Assembly: GCA_963843145.1 (NCBI GenBank)
Contig: CAWJJC010000002.1
Span: 1 to 64,000 of the forward strand
Length of the DNA stretch: 64,000 bases
Reading direction: 5' to 3'
Source of the DNA: an uncultured delta proteobacterium
GTDB taxonomy: Bacteria; Desulfobacterota; RBG-13-43-22
Positions 20,639 through 30,176 of this stretch are shown one piece after another. Every line of letters starts with the position of its first letter. Within the stretch, counting starts at the first letter, position 1. The position numbers and the translations under genes were made by a program. Under the pieces are notes generated by a model. That model saw only the letters and a list, made by a program, of their open reading frames with translations. It was not told where the DNA came from and ran no database searches.

Positions 20639-21250
20639 TTACGCCTTCTGCTCCAGGGAGTCCTCCTCGGGACCCAGTTCCGGCCTTTTGGATACCACTA
20701 CCATGGCCGGGCGGATGAGGCGGCTGTGCAGGGTGTAGCCTTTCTGCAATTGAGTCAAGACGGTACCGGCCGGATGGTGGGCGTCCTCCTGGACCATGAC
20801 CGCCTCGTGCAGGTTGGGATCGAATTCCTTGCCTGAGGCGTCCACCGGCGACACGCCGATTTTTTCCAGGGCCGCGAGGAACCCTTTGAGGGTCATATCC
20901 ACTCCTTCCAGCAGTCCCTGGGGACCCTTCGCTTCCCCGTGGTCGATGGCCCGCTCCAGGTTGTCCAACACCGGCAGCAATTCCTTGATCAGGTTTTCGG
21001 TCCCAAATTTGTAGGCATCGTTTTTTTCTTTTTCCATCCGTTTCTTAAAGTTTTCAAATTCGGCGGACAATCTTAAAAAACGATCAAAATTATCCTGGGC
21101 CTCCTTTTTCTTCGCCTCCAGTTGGGCCTCCAGGGTTTCCTCTTGGGGGACAGTACTTCCCGAGGTCTCTTCCGGGGTTATCGGCTTCTCTTCCGCTTTG
21201 GGGGCTTCTTTCTTTTGAATCGGTCCCGTATTGATTTTTATATGTGTCAA
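20639..21250 (-). CDS. grpE: Nucleotide exchange factor GrpE
   Basis: AEFENFKKR, LLPVLDNLERA, FDPNLHEA and RPAMV. TTG start after GAGGAG. Confidence 0.93.
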   Translation of the reverse strand: MTHIKINTGPIQKKEAPKAEEKPITPEETSGSTVPQEETLEAQLEAKKKEAQDNFDRFLRLSAEFENFKKRMEKEKNDAYKFGTENLIKELLPVLDNLERAIDHGEAKGPQGLLEGVDMTLKGFLAALEKIGVSPVDASGKEFDPNLHEAVMVQEDAHHPAGTVLTQLQKGYTLHSRLIRPAMVVVSKRPELGPEEDSLEQKA

Positions 21251-21269
21251 TGGTTGCTCCTCGGTCAAA

Positions 21270-22307
21270 TCAGATCTTATCTTCCAAAATTTTACTGACC
21301 ATCTTGGCCGTATAATCCACGATCGGGATGACCCGGTCATAATCCATGCGCGTCGGGCCGATGACCCCCAGGGTGCCGATAGGGTGTTTCCCCATGGTGT
21401 AGGGGGCGGTAATTACGCTGCAGGCCTCCATCTCGTTGACTTCGTTTTCCGAACCGATAAAAATCTGGATCCCGCTGGCGGTGATGCTCTTTTCCAGCAA
21501 GCGCACCAACAGGCTTTTTTGCTCAAAGGCCCGAAAAAGCGCCCTCAGGGTTTCTATCTGACTGAATTCCGGATACTGCATCAAATTGGTCTGGCCTTCG
21601 ACGTAAAATTCCCCCTGAGTATCCCCTTCCAGTGCCTGATTGGAGATCTTCAGGGCCGTGGAAAGGAGTTCATCAAACCGGATCTTGTCCTTCTTCATTT
21701 CTTCCAGAATCTTCAGCTTAACCTGATCCAAACTCAGGTTCCGCAAGAGTTCATTCAAATAATGGGTCAGTTTATCCAGGTCCTTCTGGGAGAGGTCTTC
21801 CTCCAGTTCGATGACCTTATTTTGGACCAGACCGGCTTTGGTCACCAGCACCACCAGAATAAATTGGCCCCGGATCTTAATAAATTCAATATGCTTAAAA
21901 CGGGTGGCCGAGGATTTGGGCGGAGAAACAACGGCCGCCTGCTCGGTGATCACGGCCAGCATCTTGGAGGTATTTTTCAGTAAATCTTCCACATCTTGGC
22001 TGCTATCGGTTAAATAACTCCGAATCCGATCCTTTTCGGAGTCTTCCAAGGGCCTCAATTCCAGGATAGAGGAGACGTAAAATCGCAACCCATTTTCCGT
22101 GGGGACCCTGCCCGCCGAGACGTGGGGTTGGGCGATCAACCCTAAATCCTCCAAATCGGACATAATATTCCGAATGGTGGCCGGGCTGAGCAACTGTCCT
22201 TTCTTTTTGGAAAGGGTGCGCGAACCCACCGGTTCAGCGGTTTCAATGAAGTCCCGAATGATGGCGTTTAAAATAGACCGCCCTCTCTGGTTTAGAACAA
22301 TGGGCAT
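21270..22307 (-). CDS. hrcA: Heat-inducible repressor HrcA
   Basis: EPVGS, SPATIRN, QPHVSAGRVPT and GPTRMDY. Confidence 0.97.
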   Translation of the reverse strand: MPIVLNQRGRSILNAIIRDFIETAEPVGSRTLSKKKGQLLSPATIRNIMSDLEDLGLIAQPHVSAGRVPTENGLRFYVSSILELRPLEDSEKDRIRSYLTDSSQDVEDLLKNTSKMLAVITEQAAVVSPPKSSATRFKHIEFIKIRGQFILVVLVTKAGLVQNKVIELEEDLSQKDLDKLTHYLNELLRNLSLDQVKLKILEEMKKDKIRFDELLSTALKISNQALEGDTQGEFYVEGQTNLMQYPEFSQIETLRALFRAFEQKSLLVRLLEKSITASGIQIFIGSENEVNEMEACSVITAPYTMGKHPIGTLGVIGPTRMDYDRVIPIVDYTAKMVSKILEDKI

Positions 22308-22357
22308 CGTTTATAGCGGATTCCTTTTAGGTTGAAAAGGCCTCGAAAATTGTTCTA

Positions 22358-22386
22358 AACTTAACTATGCCGACCGGATTTGTCAA
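22358..22386 (-). promoter_or_regulatory. Candidate sigma70 promoter for hrcA-grpE-dnaK
   Basis: Minus strand TTGACA-17 nt-TAAGTT. Confidence 0.4.
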
Positions 22387-22478
22387 GGGTTTGACACTCG
22401 GGTTTTTGCAATAAATCAAGGCTGGCCGATGAGAAAAGGGTATGGTATAATTAAAAAAATCGATTGAGGAGCACACCC

Positions 22479-23465
22479 ATGGACAATCCAACCTACCAGT
22501 GCCCGGAAGCTGAACCGCCAGGGAGCGCCGGCGGTGACGAATGCCGTCATGTCCCCTTGTATCGGGAGGAATTGCCGGGAATCGTCAACGCCCTGGTGGA
22601 AAGTTGCCGTGACCCGAAGACCTTTCATCACCTTAATCTGGTGGGCCTCCCCTCCCAGGGGGCCGTTATTCAATTATTGGAGGGATTTAAACGAATCCTT
22701 TTCCCCGGTTATTTTGGAGACCAGGACATTGACGGCTATACCTTGCCTTACCAGTTAGGGATCGAAGTCAATCGGTTATTCGAAGGCTTATCCCAACAAA
22801 TCACCTTAAGCCTCCGTCATGAATGCCGTCGCTATCAGCATATTTGTACCCAATGCCAGGAGCGGGGGCAGCAGGAAGCGATCATTTTATTGAAAAAGAT
22901 GCCGGAAATACGCCGAACCCTGGCCGAAGATGTCCGGGCCGCTTATCAAGGGGACCCGGCGGCCAAAAGTTTTGACGAGATTATTTTCAGTTATCCGGCA
23001 CTGTTGGCCATCACCACCTATCGCCTGGCCCATGAGTTGTTTATCCAGGGAGTCCCGATAGTTCCCCGAATGATGAGCGAGCACGCCCATAGCATTACCG
23101 GGATCGATATCCATCCCGGCGCCGTCATTGCCGGACATTTTTTTATAGATCACGGCACCGGCGTGGTAATCGGGGAAACCTCGGTGGTGGGAAGACAGGT
23201 CAGGATCTATCAGGGGGTGACTTTAGGGGCCTTGAGCCTGCCCATGGAAGAAAAAGGGGATCTTCTCAGGAGGAGCAAGAGACACCCGACCATAGAAGAC
23301 CGGGTAACGATTTATGCCGGGGCCACCATTTTAGGAGGGGATACGGTCGTCGGGGCCGGGTCGGTGATTGGCGGGAATGTCTGGTTGACCCGGTCCGTTC
23401 CCCCGGGGACCACGGTGATGATCGAGGCGCCGAAATTGAGAGTTAAGGAAGACAATAAGGTTTAA
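22479..23465 (+). CDS. cysE: Serine O-acetyltransferase (long form)
   Basis: GDPAA, TGIDIHPGA, FIDHGTGVVIGET and KRHPTI. Confidence 0.92.
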   Translation: MDNPTYQCPEAEPPGSAGGDECRHVPLYREELPGIVNALVESCRDPKTFHHLNLVGLPSQGAVIQLLEGFKRILFPGYFGDQDIDGYTLPYQLGIEVNRLFEGLSQQITLSLRHECRRYQHICTQCQERGQQEAIILLKKMPEIRRTLAEDVRAAYQGDPAAKSFDEIIFSYPALLAITTYRLAHELFIQGVPIVPRMMSEHAHSITGIDIHPGAVIAGHFFIDHGTGVVIGETSVVGRQVRIYQGVTLGALSLPMEEKGDLLRRSKRHPTIEDRVTIYAGATILGGDTVVGAGSVIGGNVWLTRSVPPGTTVMIEAPKLRVKEDNKV

Positions 23466-23492
23466 GGATTTCATGATCGAAAGACGATGCAA

Positions 23493-23540
23493 CAAATCCC
23501 CCCTTACCTCCCTTTGAAAAAGGGAGGTTGGGATGGATTT
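23493..23540. repeat. REP-like hairpin
   Basis: aaatccccccttacctccctt...aagggaggttgggatggattt. Confidence 0.5.
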
Positions 23541-23563
23541 ATTAATAAATAAAGGAGAGATGA

Positions 23564-24958
23564 ATGCCAATCGATTCTAACCACTTCAAGTCAATAGTTC
23601 AGGATATGGTTTATGATCTGGAGGGGACTTTCCCCTACGCCTCGGTCCTGGCCCTGGAGACTTCAGGGGAGCGAATTACCGTCCAGACTCGGCAACAAAG
23701 CGCGGAATTATTGGACCCGGCCCGGGGAGCGGTCCTGACTGCCTTCAATGGCCGTTCTTTTCTGGAATCGGCCACCTTCGATCTTTCACCGGAAGGTTTG
23801 AACGAGGCCATGGCCCGGCTCAAGGAACTGGGAAAAGATCAGGGTATTTTTTATGACGGCCCGGTGATCGACCCGGGACCCAAGGTCAACGAGGATTTTT
23901 TGGTCAAATGTCAAAACCATCCGGAATATGTCTCCCTGGGTGACAAAATTCAGGCCTGTGCCGACCTGAAGGACCGTCTGCACCGGGAAGAAGAACGGGT
24001 GGTCCAGGCCACCGCCCAATATGCTTACACGCGAAACCGGGAATTGTTCGTCAATCGGCATAAAACCCTTTATCAGGATTTACGCCGGACCCAGATGGTT
24101 GCCCAGGTCATCATGCGGGAAGGGGATCAATCCGTTCATCTGCACACCGGTCAGGCCCTGCAGGGGGGGTATGAACAAGCCTTCATCCCCGAAGATAAGC
24201 TGAGCCGTCTGATCGAGGATTGCCGGCGCCTGCTTAGCGCCCGGAGGCTCGACCCCGGCTATTATACCTGCGTCTTTTCTCCTGAATTTTCAGGGATATT
24301 CGCCCACGAGGCCTTCGGACACGGAACCGAAACGGACATGTTCCTTAAGAAGAGGGCTAAGGGAGAGGAATATCTGGGGAAGGCCGTGGCCTCCCCGCTG
24401 GTCAATATGTTCGATTCTCCGGCCCTTCCCGGACAGGCGGCTTCCTTTTTTTTCGACCATGAAGGGGAATTGGCCACGGAAACCCGGATTATTGAAGGGG
24501 GGATTCTCAAGCGGGGGCTGACGGACCTGAATTCAGCCACTCGGTTAAACCTTCCCCGGTCGGCCAACGGCCGGCGGGAGTCCTTTGAGCGCAAGGTCTA
24601 TGCCCGGATGACCAACACCTATTTCGGTCCCGGAGAGGATACCCGGGAAGCCATGATCGCCTCCATAGACGACGGATATTTTTTGGATCACCCCTCCAAC
24701 GGCATGGAAGACCCGAAAGGCTGGGGAATCCAGTTGGAGGGGTATTACGCGGAAAGGATCAGGCAGGGTCGGCTGACCGGAGAGATTTTTTCTCCGGTGA
24801 TTATCACCGGGTATGTGCCGGATCTCCTGCAGTCCATTTCCATGGTGGGAAACAAAATGGAAATCAGCGGCCTGGGGATGTGCGGCAAAGGCCACAAGGA
24901 ATGGGTGAAAGTGACCGACGGCGGCCCCTGCCTGAAATTACGAGCCCGGTTGGCCTGA
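23564..24958 (+). CDS. tldD: TldD family metalloprotease
   Basis: HEAFGH zinc motif, RMTNTY and CGKG. Confidence 0.88.
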   Translation: MPIDSNHFKSIVQDMVYDLEGTFPYASVLALETSGERITVQTRQQSAELLDPARGAVLTAFNGRSFLESATFDLSPEGLNEAMARLKELGKDQGIFYDGPVIDPGPKVNEDFLVKCQNHPEYVSLGDKIQACADLKDRLHREEERVVQATAQYAYTRNRELFVNRHKTLYQDLRRTQMVAQVIMREGDQSVHLHTGQALQGGYEQAFIPEDKLSRLIEDCRRLLSARRLDPGYYTCVFSPEFSGIFAHEAFGHGTETDMFLKKRAKGEEYLGKAVASPLVNMFDSPALPGQAASFFFDHEGELATETRIIEGGILKRGLTDLNSATRLNLPRSANGRRESFERKVYARMTNTYFGPGEDTREAMIASIDDGYFLDHPSNGMEDPKGWGIQLEGYYAERIRQGRLTGEIFSPVIITGYVPDLLQSISMVGNKMEISGLGMCGKGHKEWVKVTDGGPCLKLRARLA

Positions 24959-24996
24959 GGCGCTGAGCGCTGAGCGCTGAGCGTAGGGCGCCTGGC
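24957..24996. repeat. Heptamer tandem (GCGCTGA)x3
   Basis: gcgctga gcgctga gcgctga gcgtagg. Related arms at 10579-10606 and 39177-39455. Confidence 0.7.
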
Positions 24997-25023
24997 ATCC
25001 CTATCCAGACCTGATTAAATAAA

Positions 25024-25215
25024 GAAGTGGTCTTACGTAGGGGCGGCGACCCCGCCGCCCAATCCGGGGCCGGATTTGACCACTGTCGCCCAAGCCTTAC
25101 CCTGGATGTGAATTGAACTGTATGCCTCGCCCAGCCGGCAGGCGGGGTCGCCTGCCCTACGAAAAACGAAAACTTGGGATATTTTCATGCTTCGGGGTGC
25201 CCGCCCCGGGCATGA
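25024..25215. repeat. Composite REP element containing a GTAG-type inverted pair
   Basis: cgtaggggcggcgaccccgccgccc...ggcaggcggggtcgcctgccctacg. Inverted copy at 27318-27497. Confidence 0.8.
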
Positions 25216-25242
25216 GGGTTAACTATAAAAAAAGGAGCCTAG

Positions 25243-26538
25243 ATGAATGCCAAACAAATTCAAATGAGCTTGGCCGGTTTATCCGATCTCAGTGCCTGGG
25301 AAATCCGCAGGCTGAGGAAAAAAAGTTTTCAGCGGTATTTGATTTTTGGGGAGCAGGAATCCCAGCGGGTGGTGGAAAACGAAAAGTTTCTGGTCACCCT
25401 CTACAAAAACTACGAGCAGGACGGCCGGAAGGTTTTAGGCGAATCCTCTCTGGCGTTGAGCGAAGGGGACGATTTGCGGGAGAAGCTCTCGTCTGCCTGG
25501 GAAATGGCCGGTCTGGTAGCTAATCCGGTTTTTTCTCTCCCGGATAAAGGGCTGGTCTATCAACCGGTCCAATCCGTCGATCCGGAGATCAAGGAGCACC
25601 CGTTCTTTCATTTAGATAAAATCCGGGATGACCTGGTGAGGACCCCCTTGGACCAGGTAAAGTTGAGTTCCGCCGAGATCTTCCTGGAACTTAAGGAGTT
25701 TGAAATTGTGAATTCGCTCGGTCTGGAGCAAGCCCGGGAGGAGAGCGAGATCCTGGTGGAATTTGTCTTGCTGGCCGAAAAAGGGGCGGGCTTCGGCGGT
25801 GAAAGTTGGGGTTGGAAACAGGGCCGTACTTATTCTGAATTGCGGCTCAAGGACGCGCTTCAAAAATACGCCCGTTTCGCCCGGGAATCCCAGGAGGCGG
25901 TCCTGCCAACAAGCGGCGTCTATCCGGTCGTTTTCTCCGAGGAGGCCCTGGATACCCTCTTTGATTATTTTATGCTTCAGGCCTCCGGGCCGGCCCGTTT
26001 CCAGGGCTGGTCCCGATTGGAATTGGATCGGCCGGTGCTGCCGGAAATCAAGGGAGAGCCGCTCACCCTGTCCAGCAATCCGGCTATTCCCGGACTCATG
26101 AAGACCCGTTCCTTTGACGAGCAGGGGTTGCCCCTGATTCCGGTGGAAGTCATTCGAGAGAATATTTTTCGGAAGCGGCTGAACTCCAAGCGGTACGCGG
26201 ATTATCTACAGGAACCGGCGACAGGAGGTGCGGCCAACCTGGAGGTGGCTCCGGGGCAAAAGAGTTTTCAGGAATTATTGAATAACGGGCCGGTTTATCA
26301 CTTGCTGCGTTTTTCCACCTTTGAACCCAATCCGATCACCGGGGCCTTTTCCGGGGAGATCCGAACCGGCTATTTCCTTGAGGAGGAGAGCGCTACTCCG
26401 ATCAAAGGCGGATCGGTTTCCGGGGTCATACTGCAGGCCTTTCAGGAGGCTTATTTTTCCAGAGAAGTGACTCGCCGGGCCGCTTTCCTGGGTCCGGAAG
26501 CCGTTCGCCTGGAGGGGTTGGATATTGCGGGGGAATAA
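25243..26538 (+). CDS. PmbA/TldE family protein
   Basis: Follows tldD; SFDEQG and TGAFSGEI; no HExxH. Confidence 0.8.
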   Translation: MNAKQIQMSLAGLSDLSAWEIRRLRKKSFQRYLIFGEQESQRVVENEKFLVTLYKNYEQDGRKVLGESSLALSEGDDLREKLSSAWEMAGLVANPVFSLPDKGLVYQPVQSVDPEIKEHPFFHLDKIRDDLVRTPLDQVKLSSAEIFLELKEFEIVNSLGLEQAREESEILVEFVLLAEKGAGFGGESWGWKQGRTYSELRLKDALQKYARFARESQEAVLPTSGVYPVVFSEEALDTLFDYFMLQASGPARFQGWSRLELDRPVLPEIKGEPLTLSSNPAIPGLMKTRSFDEQGLPLIPVEVIRENIFRKRLNSKRYADYLQEPATGGAANLEVAPGQKSFQELLNNGPVYHLLRFSTFEPNPITGAFSGEIRTGYFLEEESATPIKGGSVSGVILQAFQEAYFSREVTRRAAFLGPEAVRLEGLDIAGE

Positions 26539-26540
26539 TA

Positions 26541-26638
26541 AATGAACATCGAACATTGAACATCGAACGCCCAATCTTAAATGAAAAACAAACCTCCCAT
26601 TCAACATTCGATGTTGGGCGTTCGATGTTCGACGTTCA
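26541..26638. repeat. Heptamer-unit (AACATCG) inverted repeat
   Basis: aacatcg aacattg aacatcg aacgccc...cgatgtt gggcgtt cgatgtt cgacgtt. Confidence 0.85.
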
Positions 26639-26679
26639 AATCTTTTGGAACTTAGAAGGCCCAAACCCAGACTAAGGGG

Positions 26680-27174
26680 ATGGAGGAGAAGATGGAATTA
26701 ATCGTTCAACCGTTGGTCATACCGGAGGGAGCGAACATTATTTTCGGCCAGTCCCATTTCATCAAAACCGTGGAAGACCTTTATGAAATCCTGATCGGAT
26801 CGGTGCCGGGGATAAAGTTTGGTCTGGCCTTTTCCGAGGCCTCGGGGGATTGCCTGATCCGCAGCGTGGGTAACGATCCGGAACTGGAAGCGGCGGCCGT
26901 CCAAAATGCCCGGAGTGTCGCCGCCGGACACACCTTTAATATCCTCATGCGGCAGGGGTTCCCTATCAATGTGCTGAATGCCATCAAAAACTGCTCCGAA
27001 GTCTGCTCCATCTTTTGCGCCAGCGCCAATCCGGTGGAAGTGATCCTGGCCCAATCGGAGCAGGGGAGGGGCGTTTTGGGAGTGATCGACGGCTTTTCAC
27101 CGAAGGGGGTGGAGGAAGAAAAGGACCGGGTTTGGCGCAAGGATCTGCTCCGGAAGTTCGGTTATAAGTTGTAG
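26680..27174 (+). CDS. Adenosine-specific kinase family protein
   Basis: [34 protein letters not shown] and FGYK. Confidence 0.85.
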   Translation: MEEKMELIVQPLVIPEGANIIFGQSHFIKTVEDLYEILIGSVPGIKFGLAFSEASGDCLIRSVGNDPELEAAAVQNARSVAAGHTFNILMRQGFPINVLNAIKNCSEVCSIFCASANPVEVILAQSEQGRGVLGVIDGFSPKGVEEEKDRVWRKDLLRKFGYKL

Positions 27175-27317
27175 ATCGGAAATGTTGACCGCTGAAGGCT
27201 CAAAGGCCCTGAATCCCGGATCAAGCATGCCCCGGACCATGATCTCGGGGTCCGGGATGACACCCAGAAGCAAATGCAAAAGCGGTATTCGATTTTATTA
27301 GCAGGATAAACCGTCAT

Positions 27318-27497
27318 TACCCGGGTGGGCACCCGAAGCATGAAAATATTCCAAGTTTTTGTTTTTCGTAGGGCAGGCGACCCCGCCTGCCGGCTAGGTG
27401 AGGGATTGGTTCACTTCAAATCCGAGGAAAGGCAAAGGTGGTTAAGTCCAGCGCCGGTTCGGGCGGCGGGGTCGCCGCCCCTACGAAAGACCACTTC
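27318..27497. repeat. Composite REP element, inverted copy of 25024-25215
   Basis: gggcacccgaagcatgaaaat...cgtagggcaggcgaccccgcctgcc...gggtcgccgccctacgaaagaccacttc. Confidence 0.8.
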
Positions 27498-27568
27498 GTC
27501 ATTCTTCATTCGGCGTTCGATATTAGAAATTCGTTCTTGTTTACATACTAAACAGAAGAGGTTTTATT

Positions 27569-27913
27569 ATGATTCGAGCTAAGCTCTGGCTGCAGTGCGC
27601 GGCCATGAAGGACCCGGTGGCCCCGGTGCTGGTCCGTCCGGCGGCCATCGGCTGGCAGGGGAAATTCCGGCAGATCGATCTGACCATTGACCGGCCGTTT
27701 AGCGGAGAGGAACTCCTGCTGCGGATGAAAGGTTGGGTGACCACGGACCCCCGGGAGGTTATCGGGGAAATTAAGCCGGAAGGTTTCGTGAAGCTCTTTG
27801 ACCAAGGGGAAGTGGTGGTGGAGACGGATACCCAAGAGCAACTGGCCGCCGTTCAAAAGCGACTGCGGGACCGGTTCGGCGACCGCGTCTCGCTGGAACC
27901 CCTGGACGATTGA
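27569..27913 (+). CDS. Hypothetical protein
   Basis: RBS GAGG, host-like codon usage, 114 aa. Confidence 0.7.
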   Translation: MIRAKLWLQCAAMKDPVAPVLVRPAAIGWQGKFRQIDLTIDRPFSGEELLLRMKGWVTTDPREVIGEIKPEGFVKLFDQGEVVVETDTQEQLAAVQKRLRDRFGDRVSLEPLDD

Positions 27914-28034
27914 AGAACCGGGCTGGGGTGAGGGTGGGACCATTTGAATTCACTTCAAATGGCGGGAGAGTCACGCCTAGGGCGTGATCTCCCGCCGAGC
28001 AGAAAGTCGTTCTTAGACTTTTTGCGAGGTTATT
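27911..28034. mobile_element. Partial copy of the 16067-16222 miniature element
   Basis: Shares gggctggggtgagggtgggaccatttgaattcacttcaaatggcggg and the right end gactttttgcgaggtt. Confidence 0.65.
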
Positions 28035-28038
28035 AAAT

Positions 28039-28944
28039 ATGACTTCCTCCAATTTCTCTCCTTTGATCGTTCCGCCTTTCTTGGAACCGGGAGCGACTAT
28101 CGGCATTGCTTCCCCGGCGAGTCCCGCTGATCGGGAACCCCTGGAAGCGGGACTGACGATTTTGCGCCAGTGGGGATATTCCCCTCGGTTGGGGCGTCGG
28201 AGTATCCGCAAAAAAAGGTATCTGGCGGGGTCGGACGCGGAGCGGGCCGAAGAGTTGCTGGATCTATTTCAAGACCCGGAGGTCAAGGCCATCCTCTGCG
28301 CCCGGGGAGGGTATGGGGCCATGCGCCTCCTGGATCTTTTGGATTACCGAGCGATCAAAAAAACCCCCAAACTCTTTATCGGCTTCAGCGACATTACCGT
28401 ACTGTTGCTGGCCTTCTGGAAAAGGTCCCGCTTGCTGACCTTCCACGGGCCCATGGTCACCACCCTGGCCCGACTGACGGCGGCGTCGCGCGACCAGTTT
28501 CGTTTTACCTTGCGGGGTATCTTTTTGGAATCCCTGCCGCTCTCCCGGCAGGGGAAGATCCACGGTGGTCGGGCCCAGGGGGTGCTGCTGGGAGGGAATT
28601 TGACCCTGCTCTCGCACCTGATCGGGACCTCCTTTGAGCCGGACTGGGACCGGGCGATCCTCTTTGTCGAAGATGACGGGGAGTCGGGATACCGGTTAGA
28701 CCGTCTTTTTGTTCATCTGCGGTTGTCCGGCGTACTGGGGCGGATACGAGGATTGCTTATGGGACGATTGGACGGCCCCGGGCTGATTAAAAAGGATTTC
28801 GAGCTGATCCGGGAAACCTTCGCCGGTCTCGACATCCCGATCTGGCAGGGCCTGCCGTTTGGCCATGGCCGGCAAAACAGGACCCTCCCGGTGGGAGCTC
28901 CAGTCGAACTGGACGGTGAGCGAGGACTTCTGACTTTTCCGTAG
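28039..28944 (+). CDS. ldcA: LD-carboxypeptidase (S66 family)
   Basis: ARGGYG, GFSDIT, GGNL and FGHG. Confidence 0.9.
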   Translation: MTSSNFSPLIVPPFLEPGATIGIASPASPADREPLEAGLTILRQWGYSPRLGRRSIRKKRYLAGSDAERAEELLDLFQDPEVKAILCARGGYGAMRLLDLLDYRAIKKTPKLFIGFSDITVLLLAFWKRSRLLTFHGPMVTTLARLTAASRDQFRFTLRGIFLESLPLSRQGKIHGGRAQGVLLGGNLTLLSHLIGTSFEPDWDRAILFVEDDGESGYRLDRLFVHLRLSGVLGRIRGLLMGRLDGPGLIKKDFELIRETFAGLDIPIWQGLPFGHGRQNRTLPVGAPVELDGERGLLTFP

Positions 28945-28951
28945 TCAATAT

Positions 28952-29048
28952 CTAACCGAATGACATTAATAATCAATAATCAATTGATAATTAACAATTG
29001 ATTATTGATTATTGGCTTTTATGAAGGTCATAGAGTCTTATTTACATA
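28952..29048. repeat. AATAATC heptamer palindrome element, copy A
   Basis: aataatc aataatc aattgat aattaac aattgat tattgat tatt, with flanks matching copies B and C in reverse orientation. Confidence 0.9.
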
Positions 29049-29059
29049 ATTAAACCCCC

Positions 29060-30172
29060 ATGGCTGACTTTTCCGAAATCGATGACACCATGAAAGGGGC
29101 CGTGGAAGAGGGTGTCTTCCCCGGTGCGGTGTTGCTGGCGGCGAAAGGGGAGGCGGTCCTGATCCATCGGGCCTACGGCTCGGCATCACTGGTCCCGACG
29201 AAAAGGCCCATGGTCCTGGACACGGTCTTCGACCTGGCCTCCCTGACCAAGCCTTTGGCCACCACGCTGGCCGCCATGGACCTCATAGCCCAAGGCCGGA
29301 TTTCATTGGATGATCCAGTCGAAAAATTGGGAGGCCCTTTTGTCTATCCGGGGAAAGAAAAGATTACCCTTCGCCACCTCCTGACCCATACGGCCGGCTT
29401 CCCGGCCTGGCAGCCTTACTATCTTGAATTGGCACGATTGGACGGCGACCGAAAGGCGGCCCTGCGTCAAATGGTTCTCCAAGAAGCCCTGCAACAACCG
29501 CCCGGCAGTCAAACCCTTTACAGCGATCTGGGTTTTATTTTTCTGGACTGGGTCCTGGAAGAACTCTTGGGCCGGGACCTGCAGACCTGGACCCGGGAGC
29601 ATATCTATCAACCCCTGGGTTTAAGGGAGTTGGGCTTCAGGCCCTTGAAGGGCGCCGGCCCGCTGAGCCCGGAAAAATACGCCGCCACGGAAGAGTGTCC
29701 CTGGCGTAAAAAGATCCTGGTCGGGGAAGTTCATGACGAAAACACCTACGCGGCGGGCGGGGTTTCCGGGCAGGCCGGCCTATTCGGGACGGCTTTCGAA
29801 GTGTTCCGTCTCCTGAGGGAACTCAAACAGGCCTATGACAGCCCCGCGTCCTCCCGGCTCTTTGACGGGCGCCTGGTGCGGACCTTCTGGAAAGCGCAGG
29901 GGGCCGGCGGAAAGAATTCACGCGCTCTGGGATTCGATGTTCCCAGCGGCTCCGGCTCCAGCGGCGGAAGGTTTATTTCCCCGAAAAGCATCGGGCACCT
30001 GGGCTTTACCGGGACCTCTTTTTGGTTCGATCTGGACCGGGATCTCCTGGTTATCCTGTTGACCAATCGGGTCCACCCGACCCGGGCCAACGAAAAAATA
30101 AAACGATTTCGACCGCTGATCCACGATCGGATTTTTTCGACAACGGACCGATCAGGAAAAGGGTCAGCCTGA
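29060..30172 (+). CDS. Serine hydrolase (beta-lactamase / AmiE-like)
   Basis: FDLASLTK (SxxK), LLTHTAG, YSD, VHDEN and GHLGFTG. Confidence 0.88.
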   Translation: MADFSEIDDTMKGAVEEGVFPGAVLLAAKGEAVLIHRAYGSASLVPTKRPMVLDTVFDLASLTKPLATTLAAMDLIAQGRISLDDPVEKLGGPFVYPGKEKITLRHLLTHTAGFPAWQPYYLELARLDGDRKAALRQMVLQEALQQPPGSQTLYSDLGFIFLDWVLEELLGRDLQTWTREHIYQPLGLRELGFRPLKGAGPLSPEKYAATEECPWRKKILVGEVHDENTYAAGGVSGQAGLFGTAFEVFRLLRELKQAYDSPASSRLFDGRLVRTFWKAQGAGGKNSRALGFDVPSGSGSSGGRFISPKSIGHLGFTGTSFWFDLDRDLLVILLTNRVHPTRANEKIKRFRPLIHDRIFSTTDRSGKGSA

Positions 30173-30176
30173 GTCC

